The notes: generated by a model not told the origin, from the letters alone. A stretch of DNA of 63,482 bases, filler included, from Reticulomyxa filosa (GCA_000512085.1; 16 parts of 16 records of this genome joined end to end with filler, not necessarily neighbours in it), one strand, 5' to 3'; counted from the first letter of the whole stretch, positions 34,130-48,500 are shown. Numbers and translations are program-made.

Positions 34130-34633
34130 CATTGGTTGTAGAATACTCATTTCTTGATAATGTTTCCATAGATGTAATAATTGAATATGATATTGACAGT
34201 ACCAATTATCATCATTTCCTTTTTTGAATCCAATAAATTCCAAAAGTTCTTCCATATTTATTAATACTATCTCAAATTCTGCATCTAATGTATGGTATTT
34301 TTTGGATAAATAGTTATATAAAGCTTGTTTGTGAATTTGACGATATTTGATATGTTTAGGATATTTCAAAATATTCCACAAAATATGGAAACACATTTCT
34401 CTTTCTATTTTGAATTCATTTTCTTCTTGAGACCTATTATAGATCGCAAATTATTTAATTATTTTATATTTGTTGTATATTTCATTCAAAGTTAACTTAT
34501 GCAAGCTGGACGTTGTGCAAATTTCTTTTAATTTTATGGATGTATCAACACAAATTTGATTGCAATTTCTCCACGTTTGTGATATTGTTGTTCTTTCAAT
34601 TATATTAGCAAAATTATCGAACAACATCATCAA
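34130..34633 (-). CDS. PUB-like domain protein (expanded family), partial and possibly decayed
   Basis: HILWNILKYPKHIKYRQI...LLEFIGFKKG fits the PUB signature (NIxxxPxxxKYRxI ... LxxxGF); paralogue at 58362. Confidence 0.65.
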
Positions 34634-37556
34634 ATGATGCTGGTGTTGTAAAGTTGTACTGTATTAAAAAATATAAAGCAATACGATGTTTTCGTGTGTT
34701 AAAAAAAGAGAAAAAAAAGTATTGTTACGTGTTTTCTGCTATCCAAGTTAAGAAGGCTTTTGTTTCTTCAATATTTCCGTTATATCCCTTCCATGCTTTT
34801 AAAATGATATCTTTATCTATCTTGGGAAACGCTTGTTGAAGTTGTTCGAGCATGATGATAAAGTCAAACCCCTTTTTTGGTGTTTTTGATTTAGACTTCT
34901 ACAAGTAAAAAATTGATATTTTTTCTCTAAACAAAAATGGCGCATGTATGTCAAATCGTTGACATTTTCCCAAATGCAGTGTTTTTTAAATTTTTTTAAA
35001 TATTATTCTAAAGTTTTTAAATTGTTTTTGTATATTCCTCCAAAGAATGACGAATATGCAATTTTTTTTGGATGTATTGGAATGCAGAAGTACATCTTTG
35101 TTAAAAGAGACAAAATTTAATCCAATTTTGTTTGATTCATAAAAAAGCAAAAAACGATCTTTTTTGGAGTCGCTCCAATTAATGGACATAGGTAATCATT
35201 TATTTTTTTTGTAAAAGAAATACATTTGATTGTATATCTTACGCATAATTGTTTTGATTAAAATGAAATCTATTTTAACCTGGATTTGATGTTTTTTAAA
35301 AACTATGTGCATGAGTTCAATAAAGAATAAATAATTGACAAGTTGATTTACATATGTAGAATAATTTACTGCAAAATGTTGGTTGAACAGGGATTACAAG
35401 TTGCATAGCTTTATAAAAAAGTTTTAGGACAAAAAAACTAGTGGAAAACACCATCAAAAACTCCAATGATTTTATAATGCAAAGAAACGAAAAGGATAAN
35501 NNNNNNNNNNNNNNNNNNNNNNNNNNNNNNNNNNNNNNNNNNNTTAATTAATTAANNNNNNNNNNNNNNNNNNNNNNNNNNNNNNNNNNNNNNNNNNNNC
35601 CGAGCTGCTTCCGGGATCAACGATGAACTACGGACGACGTGTCGGGTAGCAAGCAATCAAGAAAGCAATAAGTGGAGGACGAGTAAGAAAAGAACGTGAA
35701 CGTGGTAAAAAAAAATAATCGACATTGCTATCGAGCAACCACTACATCGGGAGAATCACCCCATATAAGAGTGGTTCAATTTAGTTGTGCTGAAGCTCCA
35801 AGACAACGGCAAGAAAGAAGATGAAGAGGACAATGAAGAGAAGAAAAATAATGCACAAGTCGGTATCACGTTGGATTTGTTTAAAGGAGGAAAAAAAAAA
35901 ATAAAAAAAAAAATCAGTTGAATGGCTTTATTGAACTTGGTTATTGATTTTCTCTTTTAAATCTCGAACCGCGCAAAATCGCCACTCGCAACCGTAGACT
36001 AACTTCCCATAGCGCATTCCAGTGGAAAGTGTTGAACGAATATATCAGTGGTAGCCCGAAGTGTATTGCAAAGAACTTGTTTACCATCAACGTAAACAGA
36101 TACAAGTCTCTGGCGCTTTGCTACGCCAACAATTATCCGCAAAGATAGTGTTAAACTGCGAGTTACTGGGCGCCAACGAACAAAGAAAAATTGGTCGTAA
36201 TGGAAATGGCGAGCTAATTTTATCAACTCATGACAACAATCGAAACTGATTGTGTGCGTGCGCACATGCGCAAATTTTGGATTTTGAATCAGCAAGTGTT
36301 AATGGGAGGAATGGTAAGCTTGCAAGCAACATTGATAATTGATAATTGGTGAAGAGATAAAAAGATTATTGTATTTTCTAAATCTATCACTGCAAGGGTT
36401 GTTTGTCTTGCGTTTGTGGGACAAACGTATATTATCTTTACCGAACTGCATCCAGAATCGACTATTGACCACGAACGACGTATTGGATGGCACTCAAGAA
36501 AGCAATAAAGAAGAATACGTCAAATGGTACATTCCATCATCGTATCGTCAATCAAAAAAATGTTGAATAGATGCGCGAAATTTCCAACAACGACCATTAN
36601 NNNNNNNNNNNNNNNNNNNNNNNNNNNNNNNNNNNNNNNNNNNTTAATTAATTAANNNNNNNNNNNNNNNNNNNNNNNNNNNNNNNNNNNNNNNNNNNNT
36701 CCAACTGATCCATATTTGCCGTGATGACGACGACGGCGACGACGACTATATGTTGTCTTGTTCGACGGCGAGTAAGTCGTCGATGGATGTCTCCACGCAG
36801 TCCAATGATGTCGTCACTCGAAACGACATTGTATTCTTATTTGAGGCCAAAGATAAAAAAGAGTGCAAATATTTGGACGAATTGAATCAATATTTGCAAA
36901 ATACTTGCGATGAAACTATTGCTCTAATTCACTCCAATCTTGAGCCTTCCTCCATTTTGGAGTCTCCACCATTCAAGGAAATCCTCATGAATTGTCCTTA
37001 TCGCGTCGATCTGTGGAACTGTAAACTCGTCTATTCCACAAAAAGATGGCATTACTATCAATACCTTCTCTGTACTTTGATGCTGCTTTCAATTTGAGCA
37101 GAACTGTACAATATGCCACCTTTAATAGTTCTCAGCTTACTTTTGTAAATATTTTTCCATTTCATCTTTAGAAATTTTTGCTGTAAAACAGTAGTCACAA
37201 ATCTCGTTTATTGTTTGTGATGTTGCTGTCAACATTAATCTCCATCGTACAAGTGCAAATGCATAACGGATTAGCTCTTGTTTTTTAAAATATTTTTATT
37301 TGTTCTTTTTCTTTTACATTTTCATGAGTATCAATTTTTTTTTTTTTTGCTAACTCGAAATTAATTTAGAATAAACATTTTCACAATTCTGTTGGTAAAC
37401 AAAAAATTTCAAATCTTTCTAAGTGAATACAAAATTTGTGAAGAGTTCTTTTTAGTCAAGCTAGTCTCAAAATTATCCAAAAAGTAAATACTTTGCGCTA
37501 TATGGATAACACGATGTTAAATTATGTTCATTGAAACATTTGGATCCCGCAATGTC

Positions 37557-37800
37557 ATCAGGTCAGACCAATGCATGTCACATGGCCTGGTAGCCCATTT
37601 ACAAATATTTTCGTGCCTCCCCGACGATATGTTTCTTTATGAGACATATAATAGGGGAGGCTCTCCTTACTAGAGACTAGGGGGGCAGGGCTTGCCCGTG
37701 GAGTCACTACCAATTTTATTGGTAGACCCCTCCCCTCACTTCTAGTCCTGCCCCGAGGTCGTGGCAGAGGAGGCCTAGGGGCCGGCTACAGACCCCTCCA
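37557..37800. ncRNA. Candidate structured non-coding RNA / GC-rich structured element, family unknown
   Basis: GC-rich island in AT-rich non-coding DNA with many complementary segments (detailed in findings); no ORF in the track. Confidence 0.45.
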
Positions 37801-38509
37801 AAACTTTTCTAAAAAAAAACTTTTCATGTCGTCATCTTCTTCGCATGTTTCCTGTTTATCTTCTCTAAAAAATGTAAAAATCTTCGTTCTGTGAAAAGAG
37901 TATGCTAATGTCTAAATGATGTTGTTTAATGTTGACTTTCTCACTTTAACACCAATTACTTTGTTCAATCATGTGATAGTGTATGTATGTATGGCAATGT
38001 TCTGGAATGGAAAGTATATGGTACACTTGATTCTTTCAAAAAAAAAAACAATGAAAAATGGTGAAAACGATGGACGTTTAAAGAAATGCCATGAGTTGAA
38101 AATGGCTATATCAAAGCAGACCAAGAACAACAAAAAGACATCGTTGCTGCAAGTGGTTACGACTTTTTGGAACGTTATTACCTTATCAAGGTCGAAGTGC
38201 TCCCCAAATATATGGCCACTTTGCGTATTGTTGGTACGCGTCAAAACAAAACAAAAAGCTGGGTCGAAGTGCCGTCTTCATTGGAGTCTTCGTCATTTTT
38301 CAATCCTTTCAAACACATGAACATAAACAACTACGCCAAATTCATCGTCCAAAGCAAAGACTCTAAATNNNNNNNNNNNNNNNNNNNNNNNNNNNNNNNN
38401 NNNNNNNNNNNNTTAATTAATTAANNNNNNNNNNNNNNNNNNNNNNNNNNNNNNNNNNNNNNNNNNNNAAACGTATAATACACCAAAAAAAAAAAAAAAA
38501 AATAATGAC

Positions 38510-39310
38510 TAAACTTTGATTGTTGCTTAATGCATGTGAGTAAGATAACCTGACAGCAACATAAAAGAAATAACAAAAATAGCTGTTGAAAAGCACGTGA
38601 AAACTGCCAATGATCCAAAAAATGAAAGGAAAAAAAATGAATGAACTGCAGTACAAAATAAGAAACAAAACGAAATAAAAGGACAATACTGTCATTGCAC
38701 CTCGATTATCACTCACCCATGTCATCAATATGGAGTGGAATGCAGCTAATCCCTCTGATCCATTTTTGCCTTTGGTCTCCTCATTTACTTCCAAACTTTG
38801 ATATGTGTTGGTCAATGATATGCTCACCAATCGGTAATAACGCAAGTAAGAAAATAATGATTCTATCATAAATAATATCCCCATTATTATGTCCAACGTT
38901 GGATTGTCATCCACCCAATACCATTCCCGTCCTTGTTATATATTTTTATTTTCATTTTTTTACTTATAATTTTTCTTTCTTTTTCTCCCCTTTTTTTTTT
39001 TTTTTTTTTTTTGGGAAAAAATATAACTCACACTCAATATATTTCAACTCTCACTTGGATTGGATGAACGGACCTTAGAATGCATGCTGCCGTCGAAAAA
39101 AAGTATATTGACAATTGTAAATACTATCGTCGCAAATATGTATGCGGTCAACAAAATTATGTACAGTAAAGACACATCTGGACGAAGTGCTAAAAACTTC
39201 CATGCACAACGCCATTCAAAATGATTATGGACATTGATCAGGAAAATACAGAGCTGAAATGCCAATGCTATGAAAGAAAGAATAAATAGAAATTGAATTA
39301 CACTGCCCAT
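38510..39310 (-). CDS. Multi-pass membrane protein, partial
   Basis: At least 5 hydrophobic segments across exons (MGSVIQFLFILSFIALAFQL.., SLLYIILLTAYIF.., LDIIMGILFMI.., VLSFYFVLFLIL..). Confidence 0.6.
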
Positions 39311-39548
39311 GGTCGCAAAACAAAAAAAAAACTACTGCTTTCCCTTACTCCCACGTTTGTATTTCTTTTGTGTTAATAAAATTAAAACTTTTTAAAAAAT
39401 TATGGCTAGCGTTTTTAAAATTACCAGCTTTTGAATAAGCATAACAATAGCAACTTTCAAAGGAACAAGGTTCCTTGGAGAAACAAAGTGTTTTTTGTTG
39501 TCTCTTTCCCCAAATTCCATATGCATACATAAATCTCATTTCAACTTG

Positions 39549-39710
39549 ATGGCAGAGATTACAAAAACTTGGAATTGTTTGCAATGTACATTCTCAAATC
39601 CAGGGGATGTAGACACTTGCGGAGTTTGTGATACGACGCGTGAAAAAAAAGAGGTGCCAAAGCAGGTGAGCAATGAGTTTGAAAAAGCTGGGGCCCCTTG
39701 CTCTAGCAAG
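39549..39710 (+). CDS. RanBP2-type zinc-finger protein, first exon
   Basis: MAEITKTWNCLQCTFSNPGDVDTCGVCD matches W-x-C-x2-C-x3-N-x6-C-x2-C. Confidence 0.75.
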
Positions 39711-41039
39711 TAATTCTCTCCCAACAAATGAAAAAGGAGAATATAAAAAATATATATGTATACATATGTAAGAAAAAAAAAAAAAAACATATCCATAAAA
39801 AANNNNNNNNNNNNNNNNNNNNNNNNNNNNNNNNNNNNNNNNNNNNTTAATTAATTAANNNNNNNNNNNNNNNNNNNNNNNNNNNNNNNNNNNNNNNNNN
39901 NNCCCCCCCCCTTCATTCCAATGAGATAAACAGAGCCAAAAAGTAAAAGTGAAAAAAATAAAATTTCGTCACAGTACTTGGCATTATAGGGGGCAAACAC
40001 CGACATTCTCTCGCAATCTTTGGGAATGTAAAAAAAAAAAATAGCAAATGTGTTATCACCTTAATATCTTTTTAAAAAAAAATTCCGGGATCTACCTTTT
40101 TCATTTTGTTTCGTGTCCGAAAAGGGGGTGGCCCCAAGGAGAAAGGACAGGCTATTCAATTGTGTTTTCCAAAATTCGGACATTTCAATGAAGTACAGAA
40201 AAAAATTAGTTGAGAAATAGTTTATTGAAGTGTTCACAAAACCAAATGAAAAGGTTTAATAGTATTTCTCCTTGATATATTTCAAGCAACAAAGCGGTGC
40301 TTCTTTCATAACATTGTGCTTAAAAAAAAGGGTATTCATTTTACATTTATATAGTTATGTATACACTGAGAATGAAATGTTTTTTGCGAACAACAGAAGC
40401 TATTAATAACTTTTATGACTCGTGCTTGGTTTTCAATTTAAGTTTTGCGAAGTTGTCAAAATATAAGATATGAGTTTGTAAGTTTTAAAGTAACTTTGTG
40501 CTTTTTGATTATTCCGATCCAAGACCATAAATAAGAAACAAGTATCCAAGAGTTGGTGATCGTGTTTTTCCTTGGTTGCAATGAATAATTACATTTTTTT
40601 GTTGACAACTCTAAATAATTTTCATATACAAGAAACAGCGCAGAAATATGAATATTAAGTATTGAATTTTCAAAAAAAAGTACAAACATATACACATATA
40701 TCCAGACATCATTAATACTAATAAACATTAATATAATATTTATTGAATAATTTAAAGATAGTATGATTAACATATATATCTAATTTGGTTTCTTTGTTTT
40801 TACTTTATGTAATAATTTCATCAAATTCATCGATAAAGTTCAAATCTACTATTGAATAATATATATTTTAACTGTTAATTATTTATTATTTGCCAATCAA
40901 TACTAATTATTTATTTGTTTGTTTGACAAAACGCAAACAAATTGTATTGTAGCTTTGAAACATCACATAAACATTTTGTGTGTATGTTGATTGGTGGGAC
41001 TATCATTTGATTTGTTGATTGAAGGTTTGTCGTAAGTTA

Positions 41040-41610
41040 TATAAACGCAATGGAACTGTAAATAGAAATGATGTCAAAAAAAGATTCATTTACTAGTTCA
41101 ACATAAAATTTTGATATAGATTGTTTTTAGAAAGTGTGAAACTGCAAAAGATATAAAAAAATAATTATATTATAAAAAAATAAAAGAAAAAATCAGATTA
41201 TGATACATCAATATCGATTTAAGACTATAATTTGCAAATCGTTATAAAAATGAAATTATATATAATTTGAAGAAAGTTATCTTTTCAGATGAAACAAAGA
41301 TTAATTTATGTGGAAATGATAAAATCAAATATATTTGAAAAAAACCAAATCAAGACTTAGTAGATAAAGTTACAATCAAAAGATCGAAGTCTGGTTGATG
41401 AAGTATCATGATTTGTGTTTTGGTTCAAAATGCGCTGATACTGTATGCAAAATAGAAGATAAAATAAATTCTGAAATTTATAAAAAGATATTAAAAGAAA
41501 ACATGTTAAACAGTGTCAATTATTGTACATACAAAGATATTTAAAAACTACAAAAAAAATTAAGGTTGAATGTTTATTTTTCATGGAGAACATCGATTCT
41601 CTTCATAAGA
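41040..41610 (+). mobile_element. Second decayed Tc1/mariner transposase
   Basis: KKVIFSDETKINLCGNDKIKYI*KKPNQ..KSG**SIMI..IEDKINSEIYKKILKENML..FMENIDSLH corresponds to VIFSDESK..GGGSVM..MNSxxYxxIL..FQQDNDPKH. Confidence 0.85.
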
Positions 41611-43622
41611 ATGCCGTTGTATATGAAAGGAATATAATCATTGTAATTATTTGATTTTTAGGATGCAAAAGAAAGTTGGCACATTACAAACATAAGTTGT
41701 AATTCAATTGTGAAAAANNNNNNNNNNNNNNNNNNNNNNNNNNNNNNNNNNNNNNNNNNNNTTAATTAATTAANNNNNNNNNNNNNNNNNNNNNNNNNNN
41801 NNNNNNNNNNNNNNNNNTTTTTTTTTTTTGTAAATTGGAATTGCAGGTTTGAAAAAAAAAATCATTTTGTTTGCGAATTTGTTGATATATTGCAATGTGT
41901 AGTTAGTTAAGGAAAAAAAATTTAAAAATGTGTTTATTTTATTTACAATCATCAAGTGCCAGTTTGTTTGTACTACGCATGATTTTGTCTGGGTTAGTCT
42001 TGTGTTCCCCCTATAAAATAAGCAAGGCCATTTTTTTTGTTGCTTGTTCCTCCGCAGGAAGTAATAATATGAAAAGTTTGAGCAAGAGTTTTTTTTTGTT
42101 TAGAAACCGTGGGGATAAAAGTACCTGAGTGTCTTGGCGTGGGAGATTGTCAGTCTGATTTCGGACTGCCATTGCAGAGGTATATGAGTTGGTGCTATCG
42201 CAAAGGGATGGAGTGCTTGGGAAAAATCGCGGTGGATCATTGTGCATGTTCCTATTTTCATTTTGTTGATGATTGAGTAATGGATCAAGTGTATATGAAC
42301 CGGTTGAATTATTTTTATTTTGTTGGGGTGAATTGGACAGTTCAAATTGATCAGCTTGGGATATTTTATTTCCTCGAAGAAAAGGATGTGATGTGAAGCG
42401 CAAAAAATGATCAGCATAAGCATTTTGCGAAATGGTCCCGTGTCCCTCGCTACTTTTAGGTATTTGTTTATCTTCTGGGATGCTTTCGAGACTGCGCGGA
42501 ATGGTGGAAGTAGTGTGAGTTTGACTGTAATTCGCAGATGCATTTTTTGATTCACGCTATATTATTTTCAATTAATGCTATATTGGACCTCCAATGGGAA
42601 AAAAACAGCCACAACTGTAGGCAACTCACTTGCGAAGACGTCAACGTTGTAGATGATTTACTCGTCTCATTTTCTTTTACTTCGTTTGTTTTGTTAGTCT
42701 ATATTTTATTCAACCACGTGGACTTAATGTAACAATGACCTGACAAACGTTAACTTCAGTTCTTTCGCTCTGTAGCTGGCCTTTCTGTGCCATTCATGTA
42801 TATTAACTCACTTTAAAAAAAAAAAAATATTATTTCTATAACAAATATTTCAGGTGAAATGTGTCGATCTTTTCTAAGCTGTAATAGCTTAGTTTTTTTT
42901 TTCGGTGTGAAAGGAGAGTTGCACTAGCAGTTTTGTTTTTCATAAAGTGCAGATNNNNNNNNNNNNNNNNNNNNNNNNNNNNNNNNNNNNNNNNNNNNTT
43001 AATTAATTAANNNNNNNNNNNNNNNNNNNNNNNNNNNNNNNNNNNNNNNNNNNNGTACTTTATTATGTCAAAATTAAATTAACATAAATCTAAACCATTA
43101 ATTCAATTTTGAATAAGTATTTGATATAAAAAGTGTGTCATGCAATGCCAAATGAAACTTATCAACTCTGTTGTCGTGATTCAAATGCATTCTTTCATTT
43201 ATAATTGGAACATTTAAAGCATTTAAAGAAATGAAAATTTTATATAGACTAAGTTCAACATTATATTGTTAAATAACTTTACATTTTCAGAAACCATTTC
43301 ATCAAAGTTATAAATTCGTCTTCTTTTAATACTATTCTTAATTGTTGATGTTCAATCTGTAATGATTAACTTTAATTTCAACAAAGTTTTACAAAAGCCA
43401 CAAAAATATAATCTAATTCTTCGAAGTGCAGTTTCCATTTGTTATGCTTTTCAATTCTTTAAAAAATGTTGAAAGAAATTTTTTAAACTTTTTAAAACAA
43501 CAAAGTAAGATAAAACACACCTTTCAGTTTGTTCAATCAAACAAGTTTAATATCGTTTCACTTATCTTTTAATTAAACTTTTCAAACAAACACTTTCATT
43601 TCTTGTTCAGCAAAAAAGTAAA

Positions 43623-44086
43623 TTATCCCCAAATACGAATGGGACCATTGCGTGAGCCATAGCACAAATGCAAATCATATGTAACATTCTTTGTCTTATC
43701 TTTCTTTTTCAGTCCAATAAATTTAAGACACCATATTCCACAATCTTCTTTCTCATTTCCTTTGATCATATACAATTCATTCTTATTTGATCGAATATCC
43801 CAAAAACGAATTGTATTATCAGTTGATCCAGAACATATCACATTTGAATTACTAATACTATTCTTTATTATAAATGGTGAATATTCGACAGCGAATACCA
43901 AATCTGTATGTCCATTGAACACTTGAATTTGTTGACCAGATCGAATATCCCACAAACGAACACTTTTATCATCTGATCCAGATAATATTATATTGATTAA
44001 TTCATTTGATCCATATTTTACACTCCTAACCCAACTTTTATGTCCTTTGAATATATTCAATTGTTTTGTTGTTTCAATATCCCATA
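43623..44086 (-). CDS. WD40-repeat protein, C-terminal part (expanded family)
   Basis: FKGHKSWVRSVKY..SGSDDKSVRLWDIRSGQQIQVFNGHTD..SGSTDNTIRFWDIR..PIRIWG*. Confidence 0.9.
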
Positions 44087-44244
44087 NNNNNNNNNNNNNN
44101 NNNNNNNNNNNNNNNNNNNNNNNNNNNNNNTTAATTAATTAANNNNNNNNNNNNNNNNNNNNNNNNNNNNNNNNNNNNNNNNNNNNCACACACACACACA
44201 CATACGCATATACATATACATGCATATATGTAATATATTTGTAG

Positions 44245-45208
44245 GAATCTATCAACTATTGGAGTACCAAGGACCAGAAGGCGCATTTGTACACAAAGCC
44301 GGTCTTTATGTGCTCTGCGACATTTACGAACAATTGCCACCAGCCAAAACATGCAGCTTCTTAGAAGATACTGTCTCCAAGGCGCTGACCATACTAAAAA
44401 CAGACCAAGATTTGCTAGTTAGACAAGCTTCTTTCTACCTCTTTGGAGTCATTGCACAAAGATGGTTATTATAATCATTTATACGTATTTATATGTATAT
44501 GTAAATGCACATGTCTTTTTTTTTTATCTATTTGTTTATTTATTTTTTTTTTTTTTTTTATGTAGTTCATTAATTCAGATTCCACTTGGGTTTGTATGCA
44601 TGTGTATGTGTATGTGTATGTATATGTCTTTGCAGTGAGGAAAAGTTTAGCAAATATATTTGTGTGGTATTAGATCAGTGCATGCAGTGCATTCGAAGTG
44701 CATCTGAGGTTTATCGGAAAGGCGAATTGTCTGAAGATGCTGGCAGTGTTGTCGATTGTGCAATGTCAACCATGGGCAAGCTGATTAAGCACACGCCGTT
44801 CAAACAAATCCCTTCTGTCAACTATGATCAAGTACTGTCCATATGGCTGTCGCATTTGCCAATCCAATTTGATATGACACAATCCGTGTTTTGCCACACA
44901 TTGTTATTACAGCTGGTCGATCAAAACGAGCCTGTTGTTTTGGGAAAAAATTTTGAAAACATGCCACACATTGCCAAAATATTTGCTCAAATCATTGACA
45001 CTAACAAATCTAGTGACCGCTTAAATATTGCAATTCGACAAATTTGTCGCAAAGTTACTTTTCCTTTTCCAACTGCTTTTTTTCGGTGACTCTCCACTCG
45101 TTTTTTTGTTTGACTGAAAATGTGCAGATGAATTCACTCCCGACAAATGTTAAAAACAAAATTAATCAAACCCTCACTGACGAAGAAAAAACAAATTGGG
45201 GTTTGTGA
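44245..45208 (+). CDS. Importin-5/Kap121-like karyopherin beta, C-terminal exons
   Basis: VRQASFYLFGVIAQ, VVDCAMSTMGKL, WLSHLPI..D, LLQLVDQNEPVVLGKNFENMPHIAKIFAQI are typical of the importin-5 family C-terminal HEAT repeats; final exon 45128-45208. Confidence 0.8.
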
Positions 45209-45572
45209 CACCCTAAACAAAGACAAAAAAAATACTAAAGCCATCCGTTAGATTTTAATTTATGTTTTGTTTGCCTTGCTTTTTTGAAGGGTAATTTATC
45301 TTTGAGATCACAATAAAACGTATTACAAATGACCTTATTTGTCCGACAACACTTAATTCCATGCCATCCATAATTTTTATTTCTCTCTTCTGTTTGTTAA
45401 CATCTGCCAAAAATGGATGCCGATGGCGCTGTTTGATGAATTGTCAATGAAAATAAATAGTTTATAAAAATTAAAATATTTGAATTAACTATTTTTTTTT
45501 TGAAAGAAATGGAGGCAATTTCATAGAAAACTTATTTTTGTGATTTTCATTAAGCATTATTGAGGTAATATT

Positions 45573-48500
45573 ATGAGCCAAGATGACAATCTTTTTTTTT
45601 ATTGTAACGAAAACAAGTTTGAAAAAGAGTGTAATTCTTTTGAGATGTCTCTAATGCAATCACAATCCTTTGTAGATAGTGGAAACAACACTCTCGTTAC
45701 GTCTTCGAATAATTCTTCAACAAAACTTCAAGAAGCTTCCGAGGCACTAATGCAGCAAAAATATGAAAACGAACAACTGAAGCAACAGCTGCAGCACGAA
45801 AGGGGCAAAAACGAGGAAATTGTTGAAAACCTCTTGCAAGAGCTAAAAAACAAGTCCGAACGGGTGTTCAAACTCTCGGTACAAAACGCTCAACTAAAAC
45901 AAGGAAGAAAAGATTTAAGTAATGGCAAAGAGAGTAGTAAAGAATTGTCCAAAATCCGTGAGGCAGTGATCCGTGCAAACGAAAGTTTGGACAGTTTGCG
46001 TTCAGAAAAAGAGGTTCTGGAGCCCAAACATTCCAGTCTTGTTCAAGAAAAAAAGACATTTCAACAAACATGCTCCGCTCCACCTAAAAAGTCATTCATT
46101 TCCAACATTTTGACAAGATGCAAAAATTTAAAAGAACCTTTAAAAGAGATAAAAACGCAAATGTCACAATACGCACAAATGATGGACACCAATTTTAATG
46201 GACTGAGAGTTCATATCAGAGGTATGTATCTTAAAAGCAAATAAAATCGAACAAAAGAATCAAGTTACAGAAATCACAAAACAACATTGATTAAATAGCT
46301 TCAGTAGAAACAATGGCTGCATTGAGACGAGATCTTGCGCAAGTGACATCGCAAAAGCAAAGCTTGGAAACATTAAACAACACACAATGCAAAAAAATAC
46401 AATTGTTGCAAGAGAAACTTGACAACGTAAAAACGTCGGAAACTCCACGTTTAAGTCAGGAGTTCAACCGAGCACCGATTTTGGGGGAAAATGTCATCCA
46501 AAGTGTGATTCCTTGTTTGGGCAAGGACAACAGCAAGATTTCTCCCAAGTCAATTTCAAACATTCAAGAAAACTTGAATAAACAAGACCCCAAATTCGAA
46601 TTTCGAATTTTGAATTCTCAGTTGCAAACTTACAAAAATGAAAAAATTGAATTGCAAAAGTTGTGTGACGAAACTGAACGAAAACTGAAGCAAAGCGAAC
46701 AACAAAAGTTTATTATTATTGCTTTTAATTAAACAACACATAACACAAACAAAAAATGTTTAAACTTTATTTGTAAATATATTTGATCTTTTGTAGGCTT
46801 TTGATACAGCAGAAATTAGAAGCTTCAATGAAAGAAATTGTTCAAGTCAAAAGTGAATTCAGCAATTGGAGAGAAAATGTGGAGTTGCATACAGAAATGC
46901 TAAACAAGCAAATGTCACAGCAGGAACAGATGAACAACCGAATGCTTTCCCAAGAGCGCAAGAAGTGTAATACTTGGAGGTTAGAAATTTACATTTCTTT
47001 TGAGAAAATTGCGTTTATATTGTGACAAGTTGATCATTTAAACTGTTGTTTAATTGTTTATTTGAAAAGGGCAAACATACTGAATGAGTGTATTAGTTTT
47101 CAGTCCAAAATTGCAGCGATTAAAGAAGACAGAAAGCAGTGCATAGAGAATGTGGATAACTTTTACAGTGCTTGCAAAACTATCACACAACAGTCATTGT
47201 TCCAGTTGGCAGAAAAGTTCGTTATTTCTCTGTTTTTTCTTGTGAGCAATTTATCATTGAAAATCACACCCAAAAAAAAAGATATAATTGCAAAATCCAA
47301 AGCGATGCAGAAACAGTTAAGAATGAATCTGAATCTAAAGGCGAAATAATTTGTCAATTACAAGATCAAGTTCTTCAAATAGAAGCTTTGCGATCAGAAG
47401 CAAGGTTATTGTTCGCATTTATTTAAAAAAGAAAAAAGTGAAAAATTGAGAAAATAAACCAAAAAATTTGGTGTTTTTTTCACTTCTTTTTGTATTTCTC
47501 GCAGCCAAGTTGACGCAAGGAAAACTCAGATGATTCAAAAACTTCGTAATAAATTGGAAGTGCAAGAAAAGCTCAACGAAGCACTGCGATCGGAAGTACA
47601 GTCATTTGACTCAAAAGTAACACAAAGGTTAGATTTATTATTGTCATTGTGTTTTTGCTTTAGTTAATTTACTCTATTTTCTTTTTTTTTGTTTGGTACA
47701 GAATTAAAAATCAGAAATCAATGAGAATGCGATACCAAACGAAACAAGTAAAAAGTGGATTGGTGGACATGACCACATGTTACCAAAAGTTGCGACGTGA
47801 TTGGCAACAGATCAAAAACGAGCTGGAAGAATCTCTTCGTCAAATGAGTATTGACATTATTCTCCACATTGCAAGTAAGTCCCCGTCACTACAGCCAACT
47901 CCTCAAAATCAGCGTTCAAGAAACCCTTCCTACATCTTCGAGTTGACTTATTGTTTTTTTATTTTTGTTTAAAAGATACCATTGATAAATTTTACTTGTT
48001 TGATTGGTTTGTCGTATTACACTTAGCAATCTCCTCATGGATCAGGGCGTCCAAAGTGAAATCCAACACTTAAAAAACTCCCAACCTTTAAAAACTAAGA
48101 TTGCTTTGTTGCAACAAAAACTGGCACATTCCAAGAACACTCCAATGCTGCTACAAGAGTACGTCGTTGTGGTGAATGTGTTAGTTCGAGCAAAGCATAT
48201 ACAAAACAAACTCCGCCATTTCAGAAAAGATTGCTCCAGCATTCGAAATGATTGCAGTACTTTGCTGACTGAATTGCAACAAGGCATCAACTTTGTCGTG
48301 GTGGAATTATCGAACAAGTCCAAACTCAAAAAAGGAATTTCTTCTCAAAAAACTCTGTGCCGTTCGTGTTCAGCTGCGCCTTACACATTCTCATATAAAA
48401 GTTTTGAAGCAATTACCAAAAAACAAAAACCAACAAAAAACTCAAAATATTTTAAACGTGTGGCCTTGATTTATAGCAAGTACTGTTGACCCCAGTTTTA

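Noticed and set aside
35600-37097. Coding-like fragments on two short contigs
   Set aside because: No consistent exon chain or recognisable domain could be established.
37520-37562. Hammerhead ribozyme core (CUGAUGA on the minus strand followed by a CAUUG/CAAUG stem)
   Set aside because: The required GAAA after stem II and proper stems I and III are missing.
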